NCBI GenBank assembly: GCA_004431415.1
Contig: QPMI01000434.1
Location: 248,001-312,000, forward strand
Length of the DNA: 64,000 nt
Direction of reading: 5' to 3'
Source of the DNA: Cyanophora paradoxa CCMP329
Taxonomy: Eukaryota > Plantae > Glaucophyta
Shown here: positions 39,028-51,099 of the stretch, piece after piece
How positions within the stretch are numbered: position 1 is the first letter of the stretch
How the letters are laid out: each line of letters opens with the position of its first letter
Position numbers and translations under genes: made by a program
Notes under the pieces: generated by a model
Told to the model about the DNA's origin: nothing
Databases searched by the model: none
What the model saw: only the letters and a program-made list of their open reading frames with translations

Positions 39028-42000
39028 TCACCTTTTTTTAAACTTCAGTTTGAACATCGAGCGCCGCAGCAACCGTGGCACTGCGGCAGCTGCGCGTGCT
39101 GCAGGCCTCGTGGGGATCGTGGGATTCGTGGCTTGCCGCAGAGTGCGGGTCTTGGGACGCACGCGCTTTGAAAAAAAAACCTCAAAACTGAATGTACACG
39201 CCGCACCCGTCGCACGGAAGGGCAAGGACACAAAAAAGAGGTGGGGGTCGCCGGGGCCTCTAGACGACGAGGGGGGCGTGGAAGAGGGGGCCCGGGGGTA
39301 CGAGAAGGGGGCGGAGGCGAGGGGCTCGAGGGCGGCGAGGAGGTCGGACTGGACGCGGAGGGTGGCGACGGGGGCGTGCGGCCCGTGCGTGCGCGCGAGG
39401 GGCGGCGGGCGCGCCGTGAAGAGCTCCTCGAAGGCCGCGTCCAGCAGGCGCGCCGAGAGGGCGCCCCGCACGAACGCCGCGAGCCGCGCCACGTCCACCT
39501 CCCGCCGCGAGCGCCCGCGGAGCTCCCCGCGCGACTCGGCCGCCGCCGTCGCCTCGCGGAGGCCCCGCACGAGGGCGCCGGCCGTGCCGCCGCTGAGCGC
39601 GAGCGAGTCGAGGACGTCGGTGAGGGTGTACGGGTCGCGGCCCCAGAGGAGGAACCCGCCGGGGCGCGCCGCAGCGCCCCGCTCGAAGAGCTCCGAGAGG
39701 GAGGTCACGAGGGAGGCGAGCTCGGGGCGCGCCGCGTCGCACTCGGGCCGCGCCGTCGTCGCGCCCCCGCACGCGATCAGCAGCGCGCACGCCGCCCCCG
39801 CCACCCCCTGCACCTCCGCGCAGACCTAGGCGAAAGAGCTCAGAAAGAGCTAGGAGCAGAGCGGAGGGGGGCGGACCGAGAGGAAAGCGGGCGGGGCGGC
39901 GGGGGCGGGCGCCGGCTGCTGCGGGGAGAAGGGGAGGGGCCCCGGGAGGGCGGCGGGGCCGCTGCGGTCCGGGGAGAAGGCGCCCGGGGCGGAGGCGCGG
40001 GCGAAGGCGAGGGCGAGGGAGGGGCGGAAGGGCGACGGGCTCGGCCGCTCGCGGCTCGACGTCGCCGGCGTCGCCAGAAGCGCCTCGGTCGTGTACCTGC
40101 CCCCTCGCCGCCGTGAGGGGGGAGGCGGCGTGGGGCGCAGGCCTCGGGGCGGGGGCTCGGGGGGCGCGCGCACCGCGCGGGCTGGGGCGTGAGGAGGGCC
40201 TCGGCGATGGCGCGGAGGCCCGGGCGCAGGCGCACGGCGGGGCTCGCCGCCCCGCCGCCCCCGCCGGCGACCGCGGGCCCGCCACGCCCCGCGGCGACTG
40301 CCCCCGCCCCGCCCCGCGGTCAGCCGGCTCAGCGCGGTCGGCGTGGTCCCCTCTAGTCTCTAGGCGCTCGCCCTCGGACGCCTGGTCTGCCCCTCTGGGG
40401 CGGGGCGCACGGGGAAGCGGTCGGCGGTGGCGGAGAGGCGGCGGGCGAGGGGCGGGGCCTCCTGCGGGCGCTGCCGGGGGCGGCTGTGAGGAGGGGCGCG
40501 CGGAGTGGAGTAGGGGGCCTGGGGAGGGGCACCGGGGCCTCAAGGGCGGCCTGGAGGGCGGCGACGCGCGCCGCCTGCTCCTTCACCGCCGCCTCCAGCC
40601 GCGCCTGCTGCGCCGCAAGCGAGCCGGCCTCCGCAGAAGCCCCCGCCGCCGCCGCCGCGCCGGCCCCGCTCGAGGCGACGCGCTCCTGGAGCTCCCGCAC
40701 GGCGCGCCAGAGGGCCGCCACCTCCTTCCGGTCCACCCCGAAGCCCGCCGCCTCCTTCTCCTCGGCGGGCGGCGCCCCCGCGGCCCCCGCCGGCGCCGCG
40801 TTCTCCTTCTCCTCGGCGAGGGCGGCGGCCGGCCCCGCGGCCTTGTTGCCCGCGCGGGGCCGGCGGCGCTGGCCGTTGAGGGCGCGGAGCTTGGCGGCGT
40901 GGAGCTCGGCGCGGAGGGCGCCGCTCTCGGAGGCGAGCTCGCCGTGCAGCGCCTCGATGCGCGCCGCGAGGGCGCGCTGCGCCTCCGAGGCCCCGCGCAG
41001 CGCCGCCTCCACCTCCGAGAGCCGCCCCGCCGCCTCCGCCCGGATCGCCCCCGCCGCGCCCTCCTCCCGCCCTCAGCCGCCTCCTCCGGCGCCCTGCGGC
41101 AGGCCCCCGCCCGCTCGAGCTCGGCGCGCGCCGCGTCGGCCGCCAGCCGCGCCGCCCGCTCCTCGGACTCGGCCATCTGCCGCCCCGCCCCGCCTGAGTC
41201 GGGGCCGCAGCGCGCCGGCGGCCGGGTACGGCGCCCACCCTCACGTCCATCTCCGACGTGCAGTACGCCTCTGCGGCGCGATGTGGGCTCAGGCCAGGGC
41301 GGGAGGAGGGGGGTACGGTCGCGCAGGGCGGGGCGGGAGCGGGCGGACCAATCTTCTCAACGACGGCGAGGACGATGGCCTCTCGGTACGCGTGCTGCCG
41401 GCCGACCGGGCGATCAGACGCCCCCGGAGGAGCGCGAGGGGAGGAAGGGGCCGGCGGACCTGCCTCTCCTCGAGCTCCTCCAGCTCGTCACGGCGCGCCA
41501 GGCCTGCTCGCGAGCTCAAATCCCATCGAGCCGGGGGCGGCGGCGGCGCTCTCTGCCGCGCGAGCGCACCCTCCACGCGATCCGAGAGCTGCTCGAGCTG
41601 GGCCCGGAGCTCGGCCCCATCGCCCGCCGGGGCCTCCTCAGCCCGAGCGTGATCCCCGCCACGCGTGCATGCGCATCCGCAGCTGGAACGACGTTCGAGC
41701 GCCTCAAGGCGGCGCTCCAACTCGCGGGTCTTGTCCTTCGCCGGCGGCGCGCCGGGCCGGCTCAGCAGGAGGCTGCCCTCGTGAGGGGCAATCACGTTCC
41801 ACAAGAGATCGACCTGCCGAATCGCTCGGCCGCGGGTGGCGATCCCACTGCCCGAGATGCAATTCCGCACCTGATTCTGCAGCTCTCGCAGCCCCTCCGC
41901 GCGGGCGCCTCTCATTACGGCCGATCGGAGTTCGTCCTGCAACGGCAGATCGTCAGCGCTTGCAATGTTCAGCGTACTACAAGGGCGGATGACTCCAGCA

Positions 42001-42200
42001 CGCGCCAATTGCTCCTCCAGGAGCTCCGCCTGCTTCTTGACCTCCTTCTTGACTTCATCCGAGGCCCAGAGCGCCGAGAGCGCGTCTAGCGACATCCTTC
42101 CCGAAGATAGAGAGAGAGATGAGGTAGTAGACGCGCCCAAGCCAGCGAGAGCCTCCCGCTGATCCTGCTGCCGTTCGATTTGAAGTGTTCGCCACGTACC
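39028..42200 (-). CDS. Uncharacterised coiled-coil protein (multi-exon)
   Basis: Successive exons with E/A/L/R heptad-like content and strong GC3 bias; no domain recognised. Confidence 0.45.
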
Positions 42201-42281
42201 CCCGAGTCGACCAAGCCGCGGTCCAAGCGGGTCCAACCTACAAGCCCCAGGGCTCACAAGCGGCTAAGGCAAAGGGCGACT

Positions 42282-44923
42282 ATGTATATTGCACCGGTGA
42301 TTTCGACGAGCCGCGCGCCGACGCGGCCGGGCGAATTCGAAACAGCCGCGCGAGCATGCGCACCCAGCACTCGCCGACGGCATCTGCAAGAGCGCAAAGC
42401 ATTTCTAGGAGAGGCGGCGACGCGTCGCGAGCGCACTTTCAGGTTCTCGGCGGTTGAGGAGAGCGGCGCAACTCGGCGCGCCGAGACACGCTGCGAGGAC
42501 GCCAGCGCGCACGCTAGCGTGTCGTCCAGTTCGTCGGCCAGCCCTTATCCGGAGAGTCCGCTCACCTCGAGTTCGACGTCGGCGGCGGCCGAGGCCGCGC
42601 CGGCGCCGTCGGCCGTCGCGGGCCCCTTCGACTGGCGTCGCTCGTGGTATCCGGTCGCGTTCATGAAGGACCTGCCGCGGGACAAGCCGATCTCGTTCTC
42701 GCTCTTCGGCGAGCCGCTCGCCGTCTTCGTAGACGCGAACGGAAAGCCTGCGGCGCTGCAGGACCGCTGCCCCCACCGGCTCGGTGTGTACGGTCCGCGG
42801 CGCGCCGCTCGCTTTCCGAATCTCCAACTTCCGGCGCAGTGCCGCTCTCGCAGGGGCGTGTCGTGAAGGGAAACCTCGAGTGCCAGTACCATGGTTGGAC
42901 GTTCGACGGGACGGGCGCGTGCGTGAAGGTGCCGCAGCTGCCGGAGGATGTGCCGATTGGGCGGCGTGCCTGCGCTATGGCGCTGCCCTGCATCGAGCGG
43001 CAGGGCCTCGTATGGGTGCGTGCGCGCGACGCGAGACGCGTTCCCGGGCCGAGCCGTTGCGCGCCTCGCCGCGCCAGCTGCAGGCTGACCGCCTTCGCGC
43101 GCCGCGGCCTCGCAGGTGTGGGGCGACCCGGAGTCGGCCCCCGACGAGTCCCTCCTCCCGCTCTCGCCGGCGTACGACCGGCCGGGCTCCTCCTCCTTCG
43201 ACATGAGCCGTGACCTCGTGCGCTCTCGGCTCCGCTGAGCGTAGCGCCGCCGTCGCTCGGCTCAGCGCGGGCGCGCCAGCCGCTGGACTACGCGATCGTG
43301 CTGGAGAACCTGCTGGACCCCTCGCACGTCCCCTTCGCCCACCACAACGCCCAGGTGCGAGCCCACGGGGGCGCCCACCTCCGGAGACTGCGAGGGCCTG
43401 CGACTGGCGGGCGAGAGAGATGTAGAGCACCCCCACCGCGCCGCGCCCGCCGCGTGACCGCCGCCGGGGTCCGCGCAGGGGCGGCGCTCGGGGGCGGCGC
43501 CGGTGGAGATGGAGGTGCTGGAGCGGGGGCCGCGGGGCTTCCGGGCGCGCTTCCGCGTGCTGCGCGCGGGCGGGGCCGTCGTACCCCCCATGGATGTCGA
43601 GTTCCTAGCCCCGGGCAAGGTCCGCGGAGTCATACGAGCCTAGAGCCCGTGAGGCGAGCCGCGAGGCGAGGCGGGGGGCCGGGGCGCGCCGGCAGGTGGA
43701 GCTCGAGGTCGCGGGGGGGAAGGGCTCCCTGCTCTTCTACGTCACGCCGCGCGGCCGCGACGCCTCCCGCCTCCACGCCCGCTTCGTCGGCCTCGTACCC
43801 CCCCTCCTCGCCCGCCTCCTCCCCGACTTCATCGCCCACGGTCCGCCCCCCCGACCCCTCCCCCACCGGCGTGCTGCGCCGCCCTCCAAGCACCCTCTCC
43901 GCTCTCTTCGCCCTGCGATATCTTCGCGCCCGCGCGCAGTGGGGAACAACCTGGTGCTGGACCAGGACATGGCGCTCCTCTTCGAGCAGCAGCGCCGCCT
44001 CCGCGCCGCCGGCCACGACTGGCGCCGCGCCTACCACACCCCGGCCTCCTCCGACAGGTCCCCCGCCCCCCGCCACCCCGCCCCTCGCCCCCGCCCCGCG
44101 CCCCCGCCGATACAGCCGTGCATTCCGGCCTCCGCCGCCTCCCGGCCCCCCGCCTCTCAAGCCGCGCGGGGCAGGCTGGTGTCGGAGGTGCGGCGGTGGT
44201 TCGACGAGGCGGCGCGGACGCTCCCCAACCGGCACGCCCTCCTCGACCCCGCCCCCGGCGAGCTCGACGCGCCCCTGTGCGCCCCCGCCGCGCCCCGCCC
44301 ATCGCTTCTTCGTCCGCTTCCGTTCTTCGGCATGCTCACGGCGAGCTCGCAGGCCGCCCGAGTCGGTGCTGCTGGACCGCTACGAGCAGCACGTGAAGCA
44401 CTGCGCCTCGTGCCGCCGCGCCCTCCACGCCCTCCGCGCCGCCCGCCGCATCGCCTCCCTCGGTGCCCGCCCCCGACCCCCGCCCCCCGCCCCCCGCTTG
44501 CTCGCACCGCTTCTAGATCTCATATCTGAGCCACGCCCCCGTCCTGCACCTCTTTTGCATTTCTCTATCTATCGATATCTAGATCGTAGACGCGGCGCGA
44601 CTGGCTGAGCCGATGGTTCTCGTGCGCGCAGCGGCGACGGGCGGCACGGCGGCGACGCTGCTGGCGCTGGCGGGGCGAGCGGCGGGGCGGCGGGCGGGCG
44701 CGGCCGCCGCCGCGGGGGCTCTCGGCCTGGCAGCCCCCTCGGGCCTCGCTCTCGGCCTCGGCATCGGCGCCGCCGCCCTCGGTGCGCCAGGGCTACAGGG
44801 CCGGCGTACTGTGCCGGGGAGACGGGGTTGACTGGGGATACAGGGCTTGCGGCGGAGGCGGGCCTGCGGGAACTGGAGAAGCAGTTCACCTACTACGAAA
44901 ACGACCTCAACAAGCGCGACTAG
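42282..44923 (+). CDS. Plastid Rieske oxygenase, PAO/Tic55/PTC52 family
   Basis: Transit-like N-terminus; WYPVAF, DRCPHRL...CQYHGW (Rieske), ENLLDPSHVPFAHH (mononuclear Fe), VLDQD, DRYEQHVKHCASC, C-terminal TMs and FTYYENDLNKRD*. Confidence 0.9.
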
Positions 44924-45873
44924 GGGTCGATTCCCCCGGGCCCCCGTCAGAATAATCGAATACACGTGCACGGAAAATTCAGTGCAACGTGAAATGAAGA
45001 GTGGTGCAACGACATCGATGGTGCAGTGCCGCAATGCCGCCGAGCCCAGGGCCCCATGCCCCGGCGCCCGGGCCCGGGGCTCCGAGGCTCAGTCTGCCAA
45101 ACTTGAAATGGAGTGCCGCAAGCTCGAGGCCTAGCTGGCCCAGTACTAGTGGCCCTGACGCCGAAGTATAAGTTGCCGCAGTGCCGCCAATTTGGTCCGG
45201 GAGCCCCGCCGGGCCGGCCTCCGGGAGGTTGAAGGCCCTGAGACTGCCAGGCTGTGCCATATATAATCGTTGAATTCGAATCATTGAATGCCATATGCCA
45301 TGCCATGACTCAGTGATGATCATGATGCACTGCCAGGCTGCGGCATGCATCATGGCATGCCAGATCATGACTCAGTGATGCATATGGATCCGACTCGGCG
45401 ACTCGGCGATGATCCGGACCGGGACACTGACATTCAAATGATTCAAGATTCAGAATCAGATTGCCGATGGACATATGCATCATGGACCGTTACAGCCTGG
45501 CAGCGTCGGACCTCGGGACATGATGAATTAAAAGCCTTGAAGGCTCGCGATCCTCGGATTGCGATCGTGATCATGACCGACGGGGCAGATTTAGAGTGAC
45601 CATGGGAGCCGTGTGCACACACATCGACAGCGATGAAAAACCATGCAAACACACGCATGCGACTACTTCCAAGTTGAAAAACGGGAAGGAGTTCCAAGCG
45701 ACTAAAAAGACGGAAGGATCCGGAGTTCGAGCGGGTTGAAAATAGGGAGTAAAAAAGTTGCGGACTGCACCACCGGCCGCCGAGACATTTACTTGCTGCG
45801 TCTCCAAATCAGGACGAGTTGCAAGCACAAGCAAAGCAGTGAGGTAGAGACCGACCATCGGACCCCAAAGCTC

Positions 45874-48118
45874 TCAGGGAGGGACGCCGCTAGCTGCAGC
45901 TGCGGCTGCGGCTGCCGGCTCGCGATCGCGCCCCGACCAGAGGGCGCGCTGCAGGCAGGCGGGGAGGCGAGACCGCAGCGCCTGGGACCCGAGCCCCGCG
46001 TCCGCATGGCGGGGGCCAGCTCCTTCTCCATCGTCCTCGCCCCAGTCGTGGAAGGCGAGGAGGCCCTCGGGGAGCGCCTCGTCGCCGCTCTCCCCGCTCT
46101 CCCACCCCCCCGCCCCCGGCCCCCGCCCCGCCCCCCGCTGCCCCCTCACCGCCTCCGGCCGCGGCGGCCGCCGCGGGGCGAGCCCCGCCCCGAAGACCGG
46201 GGGCGGGGCGGCAGGGCGCGGGCCGAAGCCCGGCTCGCGGGGCGGCGCCGGGTGGGGCCGGGGCGGGCGGCGGGGGCCGGCGGGCGCGCCCGCCCCCCCC
46301 TCCTCGTCGTCGCCGCTCTCGTCGCCGCAGAGGAGGATCGCATCCGCCCACGAGGCGCCCGTCGGGGGGGCGCTGGGGGCGCGCTTGTCGCCCAGAGCTG
46401 CGGCCAGCACGCTGGGCGACGAGTAGAGCTCCCAGAGGAGGAAGTCCGCCGCGGAGCGGCCCGGGAGCGACGCGACGTCGACCCAGGTCGGGGGGGCGCC
46501 CGCCCCCGCGTCCAAGGCGAGGCGCTCGAGTCTGCTCCCGGCCTTGTGCCGCGGCTGCCGCGCCCACTCCTCGTCCACCTCGCCCAGAAAGCTCGCGGAG
46601 ATGCGGCGCGGTTTCCTGCGAGGCTGCGGCTCGCTCGGCTTCTCTCGCCTCATCTTCTTCTTCGTGGCCGCGGCTGCAGCCGCTGCCCGGGCCCGCGCCG
46701 CCGCCACCTGCGCCCTCCGCGCCGCTGCGGCCGCCGCCAGCTGCGCCCGCCGACGCGACTCGCTCGCGGCTGCGACGGAGACGCCGCTGAAGGGCCGGCG
46801 GGGCGCGGCGCTGCCACCGGCGTGCGGGTGGGTGACATGAACTACTGGCCGGGCGCGCGCGCGCTGGAGAATGTCTGCCGCCCGGATGCGCGTGGCGGTT
46901 GGCGGCACTGGCGGCCGGCGTGCGGCAGAGATCGGCCGGGGCGGCGGCTCCGGGCGGTGCTTCGCGAGCCACGCCGCCTTGGCAGCCGCAATCGCCTTGC
47001 GCGAAGCGAGGCGCTTGCGGTATATGTACGCCGTAAAGTTCTGCTTGCCCGTGCTCCGCATGCTTATCTGCGCGGGCGCGTGTGAGAGGAGAGGGCCTGG
47101 CGGGACGAATTTAGAGCGGGGACCTTGTGGATAAGGTCGATGTGGATGAGACCGTGCTTGTGGAGGAAAGAAGGCTCCCGGTACGAAATGAGTATCCGAA
47201 ACGACGAAGCCTCCAGCTTCGGGCAGAGCTTCTGCGGGGCGCCGTCAACCACGGCGCGAGGAACGGGCGGGATCGAATTCTACGCGGCGCGCCACGTATG
47301 TGTCCTCGTAGAAGATGCGGTCGTACATGTAAATGTGCGTGTAGTGGTCAAAGTTCGCACGCGTCGTCGCGTCTGCCAGCTCGAAATCAAGCTCCCGGCT
47401 CCGCCCGATGTCCTAGGCGAAAAACGTTCGACTGGGCGGCGCGACAGCTGCATAGTTCCGGGATGGGGCGGACCGGGAAGAACTCCGCCTTCAGCTCGTC
47501 GGCGGCGCTCACGCGCACCGAAACGTACTCGATCCCGTGCGCGATCTTCACGCCGCACTGCAGCTTTGCGTGGAACACAACCTGGCGGTCGCATCGTTAG
47601 CGTTGTCATTTTCAATTTCGAACGCTTTCCGAATTCAAATTTGAACCTTGCCGAAGCCGGACCCAATGTCGATGAAGGAGCTGTCCTTACCAATGCGCGC
47701 CCATTCCCCCAGACCCTGCAGGTATTCGAACATCTTTGAGACGGACCCCATGGTCATCTGGAGGCAAACATCGGTCAGCCCTAATCGATTCTTGCATTGC
47801 AAATGGCAGCTGGAGGCGCAGACCTCGCCGTAGCCCTCCGACACGCGCCCGTAGTTCTTTTGCAGCTTTTCGAGGTGCTTGCGTCGCAGTTCAATCTCGC
47901 GCTCGTCACGGACGCGGCTCAAAGGCGTGTCGCCTTCGCGGTTCATCCACATGAGTCCCTGCCGAGCGCAGATGAGCTTCACCTGCAGCGGAAATGGGCT
48001 CGCCGACGCACTCCCTTCTGATCCAGCTTCTTGTAAATGAGCTGAAGCATGTCGCGCGGCCAGCTGGGCTCAGACTGCGGCTTTCCCGCCTTCGAGGAGT
48101 GCGGTGAGCCGTCGCCAT
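45874..48118 (-). CDS. DOT1: DOT1-like histone methyltransferase (copy B)
   Basis: EGYGE|MTMGSV, SSFIDIGSGFGK|VVFHA, AHGIEY, YTHIYMYDRIF, STGKQNFTAYIYRK. Confidence 0.78.
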
Positions 48119-48588
48119 CTGGGTCGCGCGCGCTCTAGATCAGCGCTAATATCGTTTTTGCTAGCGCTGCGAAGGTCCTGTACACACCGTCGAGCGCCTC
48201 GTCGACGGGGCTGCTCGACGGGCGGTCGGTGCCTTGCACAGGCGACGATGAGCCGGTGATATCATCTTCCCCAGCGCTCGCGGCATCGTCGCCCATCGTC
48301 GCCCCCATTCCCCAGCGCTCGCGGCCCCGTCGCCCCCAGCCGAATACGCACCTTGCGCGCACCGTTGCACCGGGAGCCTGGCTGCACCGTTGGCTGCGAG
48401 ACTCACAGCAGCGAGAGCCGAGGGGACTCAGGGAACTTGAGGGAAGGCCCCGCTGGGTACAGGCTCTGCAGGGCAGCCGGGTACAGAGTTGACGGGTCAG
48501 AAGAAGCGAAGCCCCCATCAGCCCGGAATCGGCTTCGTCATCGATTAGGCGCGATCGGCTGATTCGAGATCGGTGGTCAGCCAGCACC

Positions 48589-50768
48589 ATGACCGCCCTG
48601 AAGCTGCTCGTCCTCGCGCTGGCGGCCGCCGCCGTGGCCGCGCAGACAATTGAGAACTTTGACTCGACCAAGGACTACTTCCTTGACAAGGTCCGTTTGC
48701 CGCCCAGCCGCCCCAGTTGCAAGCTGGCCGGATGGCTGACGGCAGCATTTCGAAGGCGACGCCGCGCTTCGCCGAAAACTTCGAGATCACGTATGCGAAG
48801 CACTACAAGGTGCTGACGGTCAAGAACGTCCCGGACGCGACCGGCACGAAGACTTCGAAGAAGTGCGTCATGATCGCCTCCCGCGATCCCCCGCGCCCCG
48901 CCGCGCTCACAGCGGACGCGCGCGAGCAGGTACGTTCTCGTCCAGCGCGGAGCCCCGACTCCGGACTCGTCTGTCACCGATGGCGCGACTGTCATCCAGA
49001 TCCCCATCAGGTTTTCATCCCGCCGGTTGGTTTTCCCGTGCGCCGATCGCTTAGCTGTGGCTCCCCGCAGCAAGGTTGCGTCTTCTGAGGCGACCTTCAA
49101 TGGCATGCTCATCCGGGCGGCCAGCGACCTGTCTCTGGTCGCGTTCTATGACACCACCCTTATCCGCACGCCGAGCATCAAGGCGATGGTGCAGTTTGTT
49201 TTCTTTTCGAACGTAACAATCGCTCAACCGGCCGGCCGCCCGCAGGCCAGCACGGGCAGCCTGAAGGACTACTGCAAGAAGGGGACCACGGGCTTCTGCA
49301 GCATTGATTCTGCAGTGCTCGCTTCCTCCGGAGCTGAGATCGTTATGGCTAGCCAGTACTCTTACAGCGGCTACACGGTTGGCCCCATCAGAATCGCGTG
49401 CTTGTGTCGCAATAGCTCACGCACGTACGCAGAGCGCCAACTTCGCTGGCTCGGTTGTCATCGTGAATGAGCTCTCTGAGAGCTCCGCCCTTGGCCGCGC
49501 TGAGTGGGTTAAGGCGGTAGCCGCGCTGTTCAACAAGGAGGCCGAAGCCAACAAGGTCGGCCGGGTCTTCCCCCCGTCCCGCGGCGTCTCACGTATACGC
49601 GTTTGCGTCGCAGGCCTTCGACGCGTCGGTCGCCGAGTACAACAAGCTCGCCAGCCTCGTCTCGGGCGTCACCTACCGTCCGACAGTCATCGCGTCACGC
49701 GCGTACGAGAGCTTCCCGAAGACGGTGCGGCTAGCTCGCGCCTCCTTGCATCGCGTCAACGTGCTGACGCGCGCGCGCGCTTCCGGCGCAGACGCCGGCC
49801 TCGTACACCTGGTACCCTCCGGGCGGCAACAGCTACATCGCCAAGCTCTTCAAGGATGCCGGCGCCAACTACATGTACTCAAACGACACCAAGACCGGCT
49901 CCATCATGGTCCCCCGCGAGTGGGTCCGCGCTCCATCCCCCCCTCGGCTCGCGCGACGCGCCTCGAGCCCGGCCGCCCGCCCCGCAGGTCGCCGCCGCGG
50001 CGAAGGATGTCGACTTCTGGATCAACCCCGACTTCATGAACTGGAAGAGCCTCGACGACGCCAAGGCCCGCCCCGCCCCCCGGCGCCGCCCCGCTCGCCC
50101 GCGCGCCCCGCTAAGGCGCCGGCGCACCACAGGTGGAGGACGCCGGCCTGTATGCCAACTTCAAGTCGATCGCCTGCGGCCGCGTCTTCAGCCGTGACAC
50201 TGACAGCTACAAGTTCTTCGAGTCGGGCGTCGTGTACCCCGACCTCGTCCTCCGGTCCGCCCCGCGCCCCGCCCCCCAACCACCCCTTCCTCCCCTCCGC
50301 TCACCGGGAGCCGCCGCAGCGACCTGATCAAGATCTTCCACCCGTGGGCGATCCAGGATTCCTACAGCTTCTACAGCCAGCTCTCCGCCGCATCGCCGCT
50401 CGGCGCCAACTCCGGTGCGTCCGCTGCGCTGCGCTGTGCTGCGCTGCGCTGCGCTTCGCCGGCCTCTCTTGCTGACGGCGGCGCGCGGTGCAGCGTCCGT
50501 CTCGTGCTCGCTGCCGAACAGCCAGCCGAGCTCGGCGCCGCTCTCGACCGGCGGCATCGTCGGCGTCGTCATCGGCTCGGCCGCCTTCCTCGCCATCGTC
50601 GTCGGCGTCGCCGCCTACTACTCGGGCTACCGCCGCGGCTACTACCAGATCCCCACCTCGGAGGCCAACACCATGAGCGCCGCCGAGGCCGGCAGCGGCG
50701 CCCCCCGCGCCAACTACGGCGCCACGACCGTCGCCCGCGCCGGCGCCGCCGCCGTCTCCCCCGTATGA
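48589..50768 (+). CDS. CBA1: CBA1-like cobalamin acquisition protein (periplasmic-binding-protein fold, signal peptide, C-terminal TM)
   Basis: Signal peptide, DYFLDK, FEITYAKHYKVL, YVLVQRGAP, ESSALGRAEWVK..AALFNKEAEAN, DAGANY, FFESGVVYPDLVL|SDLIKIFHP, TM GGIVGVVIGSAAFLAIVVGV. Confidence 0.8.
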
Positions 50769-51099
50769 GGAGGCAGCGGCGAGGTACCCTCGAGCTCGCG
50801 AGATTTCTGAAAGATTTCTCCACTGAACATAGGTTTGAAGTACAGCATATTCATTCATCCGGAAGAGTCAGTAGCTTGATTTAGCATATATCAGGAAGTG
50901 AGTTTCTATGTCCGAAATGAAATTTAAATCGGCTGAAACCGCTGCGGCGCGCACACGGGGCATGCGAGGGCGCGGAGCACGGGCTTCGTTGCCCTCTTCC
51001 GGCGAAGATCACAGATGTCGGTGGGCTGCTAGTCAAACAGCTCTCGAACATTCGATCACGCGGCACGATCACATGCAATGCGATTCAGGTGCGAGGGGC

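Noticed and set aside
36509-42089. Very long antisense/overlapping ORFs (e.g. 808 aa, 658 aa)
   Set aside because: Arg/Gly/Pro/Ala-rich shadows caused by extreme GC content and stop-codon scarcity; the real genes are spliced in other frames.
45700-45800. tRNA or Pol III gene (GTTCGAG)
   Set aside because: No cloverleaf or A-box could be built.
48420-48520. Cobalamin riboswitch upstream of CBA1 (AGGGAA, GGGAAGG, GTCAGAAGA)
   Set aside because: The motifs are too close together, the core helices and ACTGT/GCCACTG are absent, and the B12 box is incomplete; an Infernal search would settle it.
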